A DNA stretch of 64,000 nt from Perkinsus olseni. Its lineage: Eukaryota. Numbering within the stretch: the stretch's first letter is position 1; each line of letters opens with the position of its first letter. Positions 1 to 12,423 of the stretch are shown piece by piece. The notes beneath the pieces were generated by a model. The model was not told where the DNA came from and searched no databases. It saw only the letters and a program-made list of their open reading frames with translations. The stretch covers positions 1-64,000 of the forward strand of contig JABANN010000016.1 in NCBI GenBank assembly GCA_013115125.1, written 5' to 3'. The position numbers and the translations under genes are program-made.

Positions 1-204
1 TTATAGTAGACGACTTTACACTGGAACAGATGACCACTGGACGAAATTATACTGGATCAGTTGGGTTACCCCGGTGTACACACAAGTGTGCTTCTGATAC
101 TGAGTGTTTTGATATTGGTCAGACCTATCGTTGTAACAAACAAGACCACTATGCGAGTAGTGCTCAGCCTTCTCCTGGGCCCCCATACGTTTCTTGAGGC
201 TCTA

Positions 205-965
205 CTCTGTCATCACCCTTCGGGCGTAGCCTGGTGTATCACCTATCATGGTACATCAGCCTGATAGTATATCACTTCTGAGGTCTTTTTTCGTGATCTG
301 TGAACCCCTGAATGATGCAGCCGCTATCTTTATTCCTTCTTGTTGAACACCGCAATGCGACAGCGAGGTCTGTTGCTTTTCTGCCCGGCTCCCGTGTGGT
401 AGCTTCCGTAACTTCCTTCGCTCATTCGACTAGTGCTTGGAACACTGTGTTTCGGACACTAACGTATACCGGAGCTTCCGACGGGGAAGAAGATATTCTC
501 CATCGGATTTCGTTACGAGCTGGTATGTTGAATTTCAACCATTGAAAGAGATATCTTCGGGCAAGTCCTTTTCGGCCAGAAGCAACTTCTTCGACTCTTT
601 TCTTGACTTCAAGAATCAATTGAGTTATTCACGGTGGTGGATCTTCAGCTAAGGATAGAACAATGCTCGCCTGAACACCCAACTCATTGAAAAAATACGC
701 AACATTATATCTGCACAGTTCTTCTGTTGTTGCTCTCACTCTGTAGCTCACGAATATCTGGCGTCTTGACCCAAGACTCTTGGGTTAGTAGTCCACATTT
801 TTGAATATCATCATTCGCATTCCTTGGTCTACCACCGCCACTAAGGGTCGTTGCCCATAACTTGTAACGCAATACAGTATGACTAGGAAGCACTACTCAA
901 GACACGATGTGCGTCGTTTTTTACTGCCGGTGCATGACATATCGACCTTGTATTCCTTTGAATTA
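205..965 (-). pseudogene. Decayed copy 1 of an unknown repeated gene family (paralog of 4030-5254)
   Basis: Colinear nucleotide similarity with 4030-4795, e.g. gtgtggtagcttccgtaac, ttcaagaatcaatt, gtaacgcaatacagt and tcaagacacgat are shared. Minus-strand translations align but are broken by stops and frameshifts. Confidence 0.65.
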
Positions 966-1796
966 GATAGACAGGTTGACCACGATCCTGGGAGGCCTGG
1001 CGGAGCTCCGCCCGAGTTCCGCCTGCTCCTGAGCTACCCAGGAGTAATTCACTGGAGCCCCGCCTGCTCGTCGTCACCATTTGCCGTACCGGACCAAACG
1101 TAACTCGCAGAGCATACATATACAGTTGCAACCGTCGAAAAAAGAGCTCTTCCCCAACCATCATTGAATCAACGGCAATAGAACAATGTAAGGCGAGCTA
1201 CAGCCTTCAGGTGCCACTAAGCGGTGTGAAAAAGCCGTAGGTGGCCCCTGGACCAGGGGCCCTGGTGATACGGAGTGTCGTTGGGATCTGCCATAACGAG
1301 CCCTGCTTATTTCTGATGGGGTTCCGAATCCCCTAGCCGTCGTGGCAGATTAACTCGCTCATGATCATGCAAGTGGGGAGGGGCATCGGAGTGTTAACGA
1401 GTTTTACGAATGAATTTGTGTAGGTCACCATTGGCACGAAAACTCTTGTGTATAGCAACTCGCTTGTTGCGATATACGCTTGGTGAGGCTGATTTGTAGT
1501 TCGTGAGAATGAAAATCGTTGCTTGTTGCTCAGTATTGTTCTGGTAGTCGCCAAAATAGCAACAGTATCAGTTTCTCCAGTCTTCAAAGGATGCGTTGAT
1601 TTCTTCTTCTCTTTGAATTATGTCGCATGTTCGTTGTACAGTCTTGTGAATCGTCCACTTGCAGAGTTCTCCCTCCATCAGAGTTCACGCAGTATTAGCG
1701 TCGTGCGGAAAAACTACATAAATTTTAGCAAACTCGCTCTCGTGCATTCTCTGAAACAAGAAGCGTGACAAGTAGCTCTACCTCGACCGTTATCAG

Positions 1797-2331
1797 GTGG
1801 ATCGGCGGCGAGCGCTCAGGAGGCGGCACCCGTGGACCCCGCGGACAATCAACTTTTCAAAATTTACACGGCAAGGTAGGATGCATCGTGTTGGAGACCG
1901 ACTGATTGCGAACACAACACCCGAGTTTTGACATCCGGTATCCTCTTCTTGTCATTCGCCGCTTAACTCAGCTCCAGCGTACTCTGTTATCGGAGCAGGA
2001 TGCTCAACCAACGTGCTTCGGGCAGTCCGCATTCTGAAAACGCAGGTCCGAAGATGAAAAGATTCTCGCCGATGAGCATTACCCGAAATGGCTGTGGGGA
2101 CTGGAGCAGCCAGCTCCGGGTTACGGTGAACTCAGTCTGATGTTCGTCCACGGCTTGAATATCGAGAACGCTACCATGTACCACTACCACAGGTGAATTC
2201 GGACAGCAGTCCCTGCTGTCAGTTGCTGCAGCAGGTTCCTCCGGAAGCATAGGGTACTGGTGATTGAACACAACATCCGACTAAACAAGAAGTTCAAAAA
2301 GTCGTCCGATTGGCGTGTCATGACACATTGA
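1797..2331 (+). pseudogene. MRPL54: Mitochondrial ribosomal protein mL54 (L37-type), apparently 5'-truncated, 3 exons
   Basis: Spliced translation (exons ~1797-1875, 2046-2191, 2235-2331): ...QLFKIYTAR SEDEKILADEHYPKWLWGLEQPAPGYGELSLMFVHGLNIENATMYHYHRFLRKHRVLVIEHNIRLNKKFKK. D-x-x-YPxWLWxL and the following segment match apicomplexan-type mL54. No upstream start or targeting exon is seen. Confidence 0.7.
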
Positions 2332-3762
2332 GGGCGGGTTTCTAATATTCGCGACCGGCCATTTGCGTTCAACGTCATCACAGTCGCCTATGATCGCAAT
2401 CATATTCTGTTGATCGGAGTCCGGATGAAGGGACAGTAACTGGGCGTTGAGGACGCTAGGAACCGCCGGTTCCAGTGTCACTTACCTGAGCTGCCACTAA
2501 TCATGTGATATGATATGATGTGACATATCGCACTCTTCAAGTTTCTGCCGTCTACTACGAGAGGTCTACACAGCCTCGTTTGAGGTACACACCAATCAAA
2601 TGCCTTGTTTCTTTCGGGAGTTCACGGTGCGAAGCTAGTAGTTGTAAGCCGGATCGCCGACCACAGTTGATCCGTGGTGTCGAACTGGGCACCTTGACGG
2701 TATATCGCTCTGGAATGGACGGAGAAGTCTGAAGAGCATCGCAGGAGACTAAATTACCTCTTCAAGACGCCCCAATAGCCGATGATACTAACTATGGCAA
2801 CACAATCCCGGAAACAGACACAGAAATGAAAGTGACAGAAGTAAGTACTTGAGCCGAGAAGGTTGCCGGGAGTGTGAAGAATACGCCTCAGGGGACACTT
2901 GTTGCTGGAAAAATATCGAACGTCCGGTCTCTCAGATGGATCCTTTAACGCATCCACATTCGGGCTACACTCGAGTCCTTAGTGCACGACGCGGACCTTC
3001 CCATTTGGCAGGCTTACGGCCAATAAATGCCACCCTCGTCGAAGATAGTTTACCGAACGGAGTCGATTTACACACAGACAAGTTATGGAGCTATCACACC
3101 AAAGGGGACTCGCAATATAAGACCAAAAGGAGTGCAGAGCACCAGAGTGCGTTCGCGTACTGGTATCCCGTAAGGGAGACGCGGTCTCCGCCAAACCCTC
3201 CTCACTTGTTGGGAACCGCTTTTTCCTACGCGCCACCTCTGCATCAACACGCGACACGTAACGAGCTTTTTGATTGATTGTCAGACAGAGCAGGCTCGAT
3301 TTTGCGTGGTCTCATCGTAAGCTCATTAAATACACTTGCGCCTTGTCGCTGCAGAACGGACGCGGTCGCCGAAAACCAGAGTCTCCCTGCGACATGACCG
3401 ATTTCTATACGGCTGGCGCGAGACTTCTTTCACGAGAGCTTTCTTGGCTTATCCAGCCTGAGCTCCCGAATTCACCAACCGACTCTCAGGATAATCCAAG
3501 CGCGCTTTCGGTTGATGTTGTTATAATGTCTGCACTACAGTGCCATTCTCACAGCTTCACCTGTCCCGGACAGATAACACGTATCATTCTGCGCCTTCCA
3601 CCCGTGTGAGGTGAGTACACGTGGCAGCCTCAGCTAGAGATCACATCATCACTGAAATCTCTTCATTGAGGGGCCTCATTGCACTGAGATGTAGTGCATG
3701 CCTTGTCGCAATTCCCTCTGTTTTTATCAGTTTTTTTGAAGTAATCGCACTCACTGTGCTTC

Positions 3763-3984
3763 ATGAAGTTCATCATCGCTATGTTTATGCTAATCTCGGT
3801 GTGCGAGAACCATTTGATCCACTTCATCTACTGCCGCAACGACAAGAACTGCCCCAAGGGAACACCCAAATGTATCGATGCCAAGTGCACAACCAGCTGT
3901 AAGAATGACCAAGATTGTCATGATGCTATGGGCGCGATCTATCATTGTAGGCTATATCCCGGTGGTTTGAGGTACTGCGAATAG
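3763..3984 (+). CDS. Small secreted cysteine-rich peptide (73 aa, two CxxDxxC modules)
   Basis: ATG start, hydrophobic signal-like N-terminus MKFIIAMFMLISVC, 8 mature Cys, and an upstream pyrimidine tract with AG (tttttatcag). Confidence 0.7.
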   Translation: MKFIIAMFMLISVCENHLIHFIYCRNDKNCPKGTPKCIDAKCTTSCKNDQDCHDAMGAIYHCRLYPGGLRYCE

Positions 3985-4029
3985 CCTTCAGGCCTCCCTA
4001 AGGCCTCCATACGGTTCTCGAGACTTTTT

Positions 4030-5254
4030 TCAGTCATCACCCTTCATGCAGATCCTGGTGTATCATGTATTATGGCCAACCTGAACGGTATACCATTTCT
4101 GAGGCATTCTTTTCATGGTCTGCGAGCCCCGTGACGATGCACCAGGAGCCAATTAAAGTGCCCACTTTTCCAAGTCCAAGTGGAGGGAAAGTATTCATAT
4201 CCTCATTCAGTATCCTCATATCTTCTTGAACGTCGCACACGACTCCGAGGTCTGTAAATTTTCTGCCCAGCTGCCGTGTGGTAGCTTCCGTAACGTCCTT
4301 TGCCCATTCGACTAGTGTCTCACACACTAACGTCTGTCGGACCTTCCGACGGAGAAGAAAAGCTTCTTCGTCGAGAGTCCTTACGAGGTGGCCGGTTAAA
4401 TTTCAGCCGTTGCAAGAGATGCCTTCGGGCAAGTTCTCTCCAGCTACTGGCTACTTTTCTATTCTTTTCTTGAGTTCAAGAATCAATTAAGTTATTCACA
4501 GTGGCGGAAAGCGCGCCCGAAACACCAAACTCACTGAGGGAACACGCAACATCGCATATACACAATCCTTCTCTTCATGGTTTCACTATTTAACTCGTAG
4601 ATCTTCCGTCTTGTGTTAATATTTCACACGTTTGCGTATCATCCTTCCCAATGCTCGACCTACCACAAGGGCAGTTGCCTATAACTCGTGTAACGCAATA
4701 CAGTTCGACTAGGAAGCGCTAGTCAAGACACGATATGCGTCGTTTTTTGCTGACGATGCATGCCACCTCGACTGTGTGCTCTTTCGAATTAGAATGACCT
4801 GCCCTTCGAGAACTTTTCATCAGCATTTCCAGTTTCCTGGCGCGGTGACAAATCTCGTCGCCCTCCTTAATTCGTTGTCTCTGCTTCGCGATGACTTCCG
4901 AAAGTGCTGCGTTTGCAGCTTCAACCTCAGCCAACCTCAACATCGCATCCATCCGAGCGCTCACTGCACCGTGAAGATCAACGTCGAGCCTTGTCTTCCT
5001 GAACAGCATCAGAACTACGACCGACGCGCAGCCATCGGAGTCTACTCTGAATCGACCCGTTCCTGAAGCGTAACAATTTCGTCCTCCTGCGACTTCAGCT
5101 TGTCCCTCAACCACTCATTCTCTTTCTCAGCCTGTGACAATGCCCACTCCAAACGAACGCTGTGCTGCTTCGACTCGTTTGCTGATCTCTCCAGTATGCA
5201 CAGAGTACTCGCATTAGCCTCCACTCTGAACAAATACCAGACAGTGTAGCCCAT
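4030..5254 (-). pseudogene. Decayed copy 2 of the repeated family, with an N-terminal coiled-coil part
   Basis: Fragmented ORFs 5042-5254 and 4719-5114 (heptad-rich), then 4070-4327. Nucleotide homology to 205-965. Confidence 0.6.
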
Positions 5255-5919
5255 CGCGAGGAGGAAGCCTACTGTCTGCGGAATTACCCTAACAAAATTC
5301 AGATTCCGTACTGCTAATGACTCGAAGAATTTCGTTCAGCAAATGGACTCCCTCCTTTTTTCGCCGGAACCAATCACAGGCTACCCGCGCTTTGATCGGA
5401 GTAACCCGTTTCCGGAACCGTCGAGTGATGATTTCTCAGAGGATCAACTATATTTCGGTTGTGATGCTGTCTGAGTGGCATTTCGAGCTTAGTTGTATAA
5501 TAGTGATGCTGAATAACCGATACGACTGCTTCTCATGCATGACGAATGCTATCCTTAACGATTGAGCTTAGCCGCTTATGCCACATAAATGCTGTCGAAT
5601 CCCGTCTTATCGGCTTCCTTCATGGCCAAACACGTACAAAGAATGGCAGTGAGCATGTCACTTCAACAATGATGTTGAATGAACATCATTGACAGAGCGA
5701 AGTTGAATCGTAATTGCACGTTGGAGGAGGAGAAAATTCGATAAAATATGAGCCGCTACTCACAGCGCAGCCCTGAGAGCCGCAAACCCGACAGCTGACG
5801 GCGTCGATGGGCAAGTTCATGTAGACTCTGCACTGTGAAGGGGCCGTTAAGGTTCGCGATAACGCTCTACGGAAATACCACGGATTTCATGGCTAAACGG
5901 AACTACGCCTACGACTCAG

Positions 5920-8600
5920 TCCTCCTGGTAGTAGAGGGAGCCGGCGACAACACCGCGAGATACCGTTGTATGATGTTGAGCGGATTGCCTCATCATCACG
6001 CTATCCCGTCTAGCGTACCTGTCCTCCTGTCGACGAAGTTCCTCCGTCACAGCCTTCACTCTCCGATCTCTCTCGGCGATAGTTTCCAGCACTTGCCTTC
6101 TTGCTGACTCTAGGGGACCGTACTCTCACAGGACTTCCCAGGAATCCTCACTCACCTGCAGTACTCTTCCAACTCTGCATAACGCCGAGCTCTGCCTTCA
6201 GTCGAGCAACAGCGTCCTTGTCCGTAGCACGGAGCTCACTCTGTAATTTTTGTACCGTTATCCTGAGCTGCTCTAGCTCCTTCTTCGTAGAACCTGCGAT
6301 ACTCGTATACTGGAACTGTCCCTACACAGTTCGCACCGAAGGAAATGCGACATGCAAAAGTGAGGCGACTATGTCAGTGCAGCCGAGTCACAGGAATCAC
6401 AGCAGAGTAATGACGCTGCTGCTGCTGGTGCCACATGACATAGTGACCTTGTTCCGGCAGGTTGCATTCTTTCGGTTACGGAGTCACTCCGGCCGACTCC
6501 CCAGTAGGGTACCTTCCAACTCTGCCTCGAGACTGCAAGCTCCCGTCGCCGAGACTCGACTCTTCCTGGTCCGAAGCTCTTCGGTGGCGCTGTCGAGTTC
6601 TGCCTGGACGTTATAAAGTCTGTTGGAGACGGCCGAGTGGCCCTCAATCGCCTGAGTTGACAGAGACTTGAATAAGGAAGACGAAGGAGCCCTTGTAGTC
6701 CTGACCATTTGCTTTTCGTCCTCGAGCGCCGAGTTTTCCTCCCGCATAACAGATATCTTCTTCTCGAGCTTACAGCACTGAAAAGGAGGGCTTTCTCTAT
6801 CAAATCTCTGGGGTGGGACAAGAGGAGAAAACTGATAGAAAAACTGCAAATTCCATGGCAAAACTGATCGACAGTGGGCCTTCAGAATCTACACGGGAAG
6901 CCGAGAGCTGAGGGATCAGGCAACTCCTATGCGGCAGCAGGAAGAACAGCCGAAGGAAGGACGATTTTTACCATCAGACGTTGGCAACTACTGGGCACCC
7001 GACGTACCAATAACGGTCGCTCAGCCGCTAGACTACAAACCGCCTCTGGAGATCGCAGGTTCGAATCCCAGTCCCTCCACCAGCGGGCCACCTGTGTCCT
7101 CAACTCCTCCTCTACTCTTTCCTGATTAAGCCTCTTCTGTCGCTCTTGCTGCATCCTATCAGTGAGGCTCTGCACCTCTGCGTCGGCTTTCTCCTTTTCT
7201 CTCTCTAATTCTTCCGTCCTCGTCACCCATTCAACCTCCTTGTCCTTCCAATCCTCCACCTGCCATCCCGGACGCTACAACTTCGCAGGCCCGCCATCTA
7301 ACCACGCTCTCCGACGCCAGCAGAAGCAAGAAAAGTCCAAACCCACTTGTTCCTCGAGAGATCGTATCGCCCTCATCATGTCCTTGGCATCATCTCCATC
7401 ACCCCCGACGCCGCCCAGTAGCCGGTCTCGCTCTAATTCGCCTTCGAGCTCCTTCACCCTGTCAAATCAACAACTCTACGAAACCACTTCGCGGCCACTC
7501 CCGATTCCACCACCCCTCCCGCCAGCTAGAACTACCCACGACCGATGCACATCGCAGTGCCAGGAGCTCTTCGCATAAGTCTCTACTATGACGACCAATA
7601 AGCCTCCGAAAGATTCACACAGGATGCAGCTCTGCGGACCTATATCGCATCTTTTCGACCCTGGGAATGGTACCATGCCTAGGTGTCCTGAGCGAGCCGC
7701 CACCGGAGGGCAGCAGATGGCTCCTCGCTAAGCTAGTTGCCTTCAACCACCGCTACCGCAAAACCAGATGATGATTCGGTACCCGAAAGCGATGGTATTC
7801 CCTCTTTTCCTCATTCGGTCCGAATCACGGATTTTCTGCGGTGAGCTCTTATTCGCGCCATAATATGCGGCTTCCAACGAGGACGATGAAAATTAGAATT
7901 TTCAGCTCAAAACTCACCACAGGCATTGGCGAACCCCTCCCCCCCCAAAAAAAAGAAAAAAGGAAAAAAATAAAATAGAGAATTCGTAAAATTCGCCAAT
8001 ATTCCCGAAATTCTATAATTTCCGGATGGCCCCATCCATTAACACCAAAACCGACGGAAGACGAGGCAAACGACCCTTTCCCGGAGGAATGACCTTCTAC
8101 GGAGACGCTCATTTTCCTTCTCTTTTTCTCGGCATTCTTCCGTTCTCTTCCACTCGTTATCAAGAGCTTCTGCTAATTTTGCCTCCATGCCCATCACCCC
8201 TCCTGGCGTGCGCGGATTGCCCCGCTCGCCATAGCCGAATGACTTAGGGGTAGCGGCTACTGGTGATGTAGGCGGTGATGATGAAGATGATGACATTAAC
8301 AACGACAAGACAAAGAAGTACTTCGCCGACCAGAATGAGCGCGTCCGCGAATCGCATGCCTCAGGAGCGCCGATAATCTCGGATACACGGCGTCCGAAGG
8401 CGGTAGAAGGGTTTGCAGAGTTGCAGCTCCATAGCACCTTTCTACTCTCCAATGCGGGCAGGCCACCAACACTCTGGAGACTCGGATCCGGACGGCGAGG
8501 ACTTGCCCGAACAACCCTGTCAAGCTCTCTTTCCAACCCCCACCGTCTCGTTCCCCATGTACCTCCTTAACGGAGGCCCCCAAGCGATTTCAGTAATCCT
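5920..8600 (-). CDS. Multi-exon coiled-coil protein, boundaries approximate
   Basis: E/K/R-rich heptad exons (MEAKLAEALDNEWKRTEECREKEKENERL; VKELEGELERDR; EELEREKEKADAEVQSL; KKELEQLRITVQKLQSEL) separated by GT-AG introns. Confidence 0.7.
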
Positions 8601-8917
8601 CGCACCATCCTCAGAGCCATCCTTCCGTTCGAGATTCGCCGACTCGGTAGTGCCCAGCTTGCCCCTTCCTAGCAACAACCAGCCTCACGGTCGATAGACC
8701 CTCGATCGCCAGCAGCTTCGCTCCGCCTTTTTTCATTAACAACTCATGAGGCAACACACAGAAGTACACACTCGCGCCAAGTCTTTAACTATAAAACTAC
8801 AGGAACAGCCTCGTCTTCATCAATAATAATCACCGCAAATAATCAGCACGCATGCACAAAGATACTCAACGGATCAGATGTTGTTGTTGATGATGAACTG
8901 GAAAGATACTCCTATAC

Positions 8918-11564
8918 TCAGATATCAGGATTCTTCCACGGGGAATTCTCCGCGAATTCAAAGTCCGTCACTTGAGTCAGCTCGCCATGCCTGACATACA
9001 CAGATCCAGCGCAGGACACCTCGATGCGGGCCATTCCCTTATCTATAAGAACAATATTTAATACAATCGCCCGAGCGAGACCTCGAACATGCTGTCCTAC
9101 CGATGCAGAGAAGGCAAATAAATGAGCATAAATGATCCCTTCTGTACGTCAACGCTAAAGTACGATATCAGGAAAATCTTGTTGAATATTGTTCACACAA
9201 TGCGTGATATCAGATCACTATGAGCCAGACCGACAGGCGATCCCTTTAATACCTCCATATTCCAGATAGAACATGTCCGCTACTGAATTGCAAGATACCC
9301 CTAAGAATGAAAAACAATTGCAGCGGAGCGAAGCACGGCGATTCGAGCAGCTATTACCTGCCCTCTCTCCGGCCAAATGCAAACTCGCCTTCGTAACTGC
9401 TACCGTCTTCAGCGCAGGTGAACAGGCCACGACCTGAAACGCACAGTTTCTCAATCAAAACATACAATGGCATCTTCCGAACGAACACGCCATTTAAAAA
9501 GAACCAGCCCAGAAATTTTGTCGATTCAATAACGGGATGTCACTGATCAGATTGCTGTCAGTGAGAAAGAGTAGCGGAGCGAACACTGTGAAGCGAGCAC
9601 GGGGTGAACTACTCCCAGATGTGAACGCCGAGTAGCACAGTCACTCGCCACGAAATTCCAGAACTCCTACATCTACTCTTTAGCGAAAATCACCATCAGA
9701 CCACCTTTACAGCCCAATCGCCTTAGGTATCCGAGTTCGCGTCCGTCCACGAGCCGCGAGAAAGATACCGCCCTTCCAGTGCTGCACTACCATGCCTCTT
9801 ATCATCCTGCCATTGTCCTTCATACTTGTTGCCATTAGCATAGACAAAAACTCCGTACCCGCAAGCTCTATCATCTACCCATTGACCCTTGAACCTGAGC
9901 CAATGCCCAATAATGTCCCTCCTGTTTCCGGAATAATCTGTACTCACTTATCGCCATTGGAGTAAATGAGCTCGCCCTCTCCGTGCTTCTTAGCGTCCAT
10001 CCAGTCACCAACGTACTTGTCACCGTACGTATACACCAAAGTGCCTTTACCGTGCACCTGCAGAAACAGCTCTGTCGACTCCGCTAATCCCCCTAGAAGG
10101 TGGTACCTTGTCCTGCTTCCAGTAACCCTCATACCGTTCGCCATTAGTGTACGTGAGAACACCGTAACCCTCCTTCAAATCGTCAACCCATTCTCCTGAA
10201 AGCTCATAAATGTCGCCCGCCTATGCATTTCAACAAAATAGAACCATCAACTACTAATGCGAACACTCCCCAGCAACTTATACCCGACCACTCAGCGAAA
10301 ACGAACTTACTCAAATCATACATAAACAACAGTGTGAACATACCCTGCTGGGGCTCAACTTTTTCATAACAGCGAACTTTTCCATCGCTATCATCGCAGT
10401 CCGCGACACTGTGAGTTCAGCGTGAAAATAATTCTATTCAAAACCGTCGAGGGACTTAGACGAGAGAAACGACAGGACGAGAGGAATACCCCAGAGACAA
10501 CGAACGTCTTTCTACTATTGTGAGCACCAACGATGCTCCACCAACTCCCAGTGTAAGTTTATTACCCTCATATCGGTTGCCATTGGGGAAGGTGTAGACA
10601 CCCTTGCCGCACATCTTACCATCCACCCAGTCCCCCTTGTAGACGCCGCCGTCAGCGTACTACAAGCGACAAGCCTCCTACTCGACGACAGAAGTGAATC
10701 CCAATTACATGGTAAGTGCCTTGGCCCTGCATCTTCCCGTTCACCCAATCACCTTCGTACTTCTCAACGACCTGATGGAGCACACATTCACACGAGCAGG
10801 GGAAATCTCTCGCGTACCTGTCCCTTGGCCGACACGTAGGTGACAGTTCCCTTGCCATGTCTCTTGTCCTCTCGCCACTCACCATCGTACCTACAGAGTT
10901 GAGTTGCTGAAAATCTTTACGAGGTTGTTCTCTATTACACGTCGCCCTCAGCGTAGCGATAGACGCCGTGCCCGTGCATTTTACCGTCCTGAGAAGAGGC
11001 AGCACATACCACAGAACAGGAATAGAACCAGATATCAACCCAATGGAAAGTTGCCAATCTAACCACTACACCATCCTAGCCGGCCATCCTGTACTACATG
11101 CCATTCGCCTTCATATACATCCCCGTTGTTGTACTTCAGCTTGCCAGTACCGTTGATGCGGCCGTTCTCCCAGTTCCCCTCATACGAATTACCCGAGGCA
11201 AAATGGCTGACCTAAACTCACCAAGACCTTCCCACTCCATCAACAACCGACCCCTTCTCCCCCTACCCCATAACCCTGGATGTGGTCGTCCACCCACTGG
11301 CCATCATACACAGCGCCGTCGCTGTACCTAACCTCGGTCCCTCCATAACGATGGCAGTCAGCTCGCCTCATCCTCCTACGTGAATCGACCATGGCCTTCT
11401 CGCTTGCCATACACCCAATCGCCTTCGTATTTTTCATTGCCCTGGTATATTAGGGTACCTACACTAGCCCTCCAATGGCCCGTTACGAGCGCCGCAACGC
11501 TACCTTTGCCGTGGAAGAGGCCGTCCTTTATCCCGCCGTTGTACGCGTTACCGCAGTCTGCCAT
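8918..11564 (-). CDS. MORN1: MORN repeat protein, ortholog of apicomplexan MORN1
   Basis: Spliced product [46 protein letters not shown]...[18 protein letters not shown]...[23 protein letters not shown] is colinear end-to-end with Toxoplasma/Plasmodium MORN1 as I recall it. Stop TGA at 8918-8920. Confidence 0.93.
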
Positions 11565-11740
11565 TAATTCCTGCATTCGATGCAAATCGGGCAGAGAACC
11601 AAACGTTGTTACTGCGTGAAGTCAGCGAAATTTGAGCATTGAGGAAATGCAAGTGAGCAAGATGACGTGCAAGTCGCAAGATTTGCTCCACCCACTCGTG
11701 CTGATCGTAGCAAGTCTCGTCGTCGTCCCTGCCTTGGTTC

Positions 11741-12190
11741 ATGCGCGGCCTCGAAGAGTACTCATCTGCCTTCAAGCACGGTATGGCCCTCTGTATCATC
11801 GGCCTGGTCCTCCAGTGGTCTGCCGCGATCACAACCCTACAGCACGTCCTCATGGCCGTTGACGTCGTTCTCATCGCGACAGGCATTACCCTCATCATTG
11901 TGCAAGCAGAAGGTCGTCAAGGCATCTCTAACTGGTTGCTCATCGCTATCTGCATCGCCATGGCTGTTCCGGCCCTCCTCAACCTAGCCCAGGTGGTGCG
12001 GCTTCACCTCAAGTACAAGCACACAGGCATTCCCGCCTGGACGCCCGTGGTTGGCCTTTCCGGCTCTGTACTCCTCGTCATCGGTTCTGTCCTCCTCCTA
12101 GTGGCGCCTGAAACCAGGTTGGCTGTTCCTAAGGCCGATTACGACGGTGACGCGGAGGTCAGAGCAAGTCTCACTTCCGCCACTGTGTGA
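11741..12190 (+). CDS. Intronless four-TM membrane protein, paralog 1
   Basis: 149 aa, four hydrophobic segments. Shares YSxxFKxxMAxxIxG and LxxAPE[TS]R with paralog 2. Confidence 0.85.
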   Translation: MRGLEEYSSAFKHGMALCIIGLVLQWSAAITTLQHVLMAVDVVLIATGITLIIVQAEGRQGISNWLLIAICIAMAVPALLNLAQVVRLHLKYKHTGIPAWTPVVGLSGSVLLVIGSVLLLVAPETRLAVPKADYDGDAEVRASLTSATV

Positions 12191-12423
12191 CTTCTCTTTT
12201 CCGCACTTTGTTTTAAGGCCTTCTGGCCCACCTCTTGTAGAGTGTTCCGTTCACTGTCATCGCCATTTCGCTGCGTTCCCAATGCACAGGAATCCAACAG
12301 GTCACAATTTGTGAGTCGCGCCTAGTGTCTGTCTCAGATGCATCACCGAACGCCGACGTCCGACGTGCGCCTGACCACCTCCCCTACTGACCAGGCCCAT
12401 TTTATCAAGCCCCTTTCACTCCA

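Noticed and set aside
2848-2870. Minus-strand resemblance to the perkinsid/dinoflagellate spliced leader (...GGCTCAAG); a gapped match also lies near 63095-63118
   Set aside because: Only about 16/22 identity, or several gaps are needed, and no clear retrogene follows; compatible with chance.
7935-8025. C-run and A-rich tract
   Set aside because: Low-complexity intronic sequence or poor-quality consensus; no element structure.
9500-9530. Sm-site-like AAUUUCUGG in a MORN1 intron, suggesting an snRNA
   Set aside because: No U1/U2/U4/U5 hallmark sequences are nearby.
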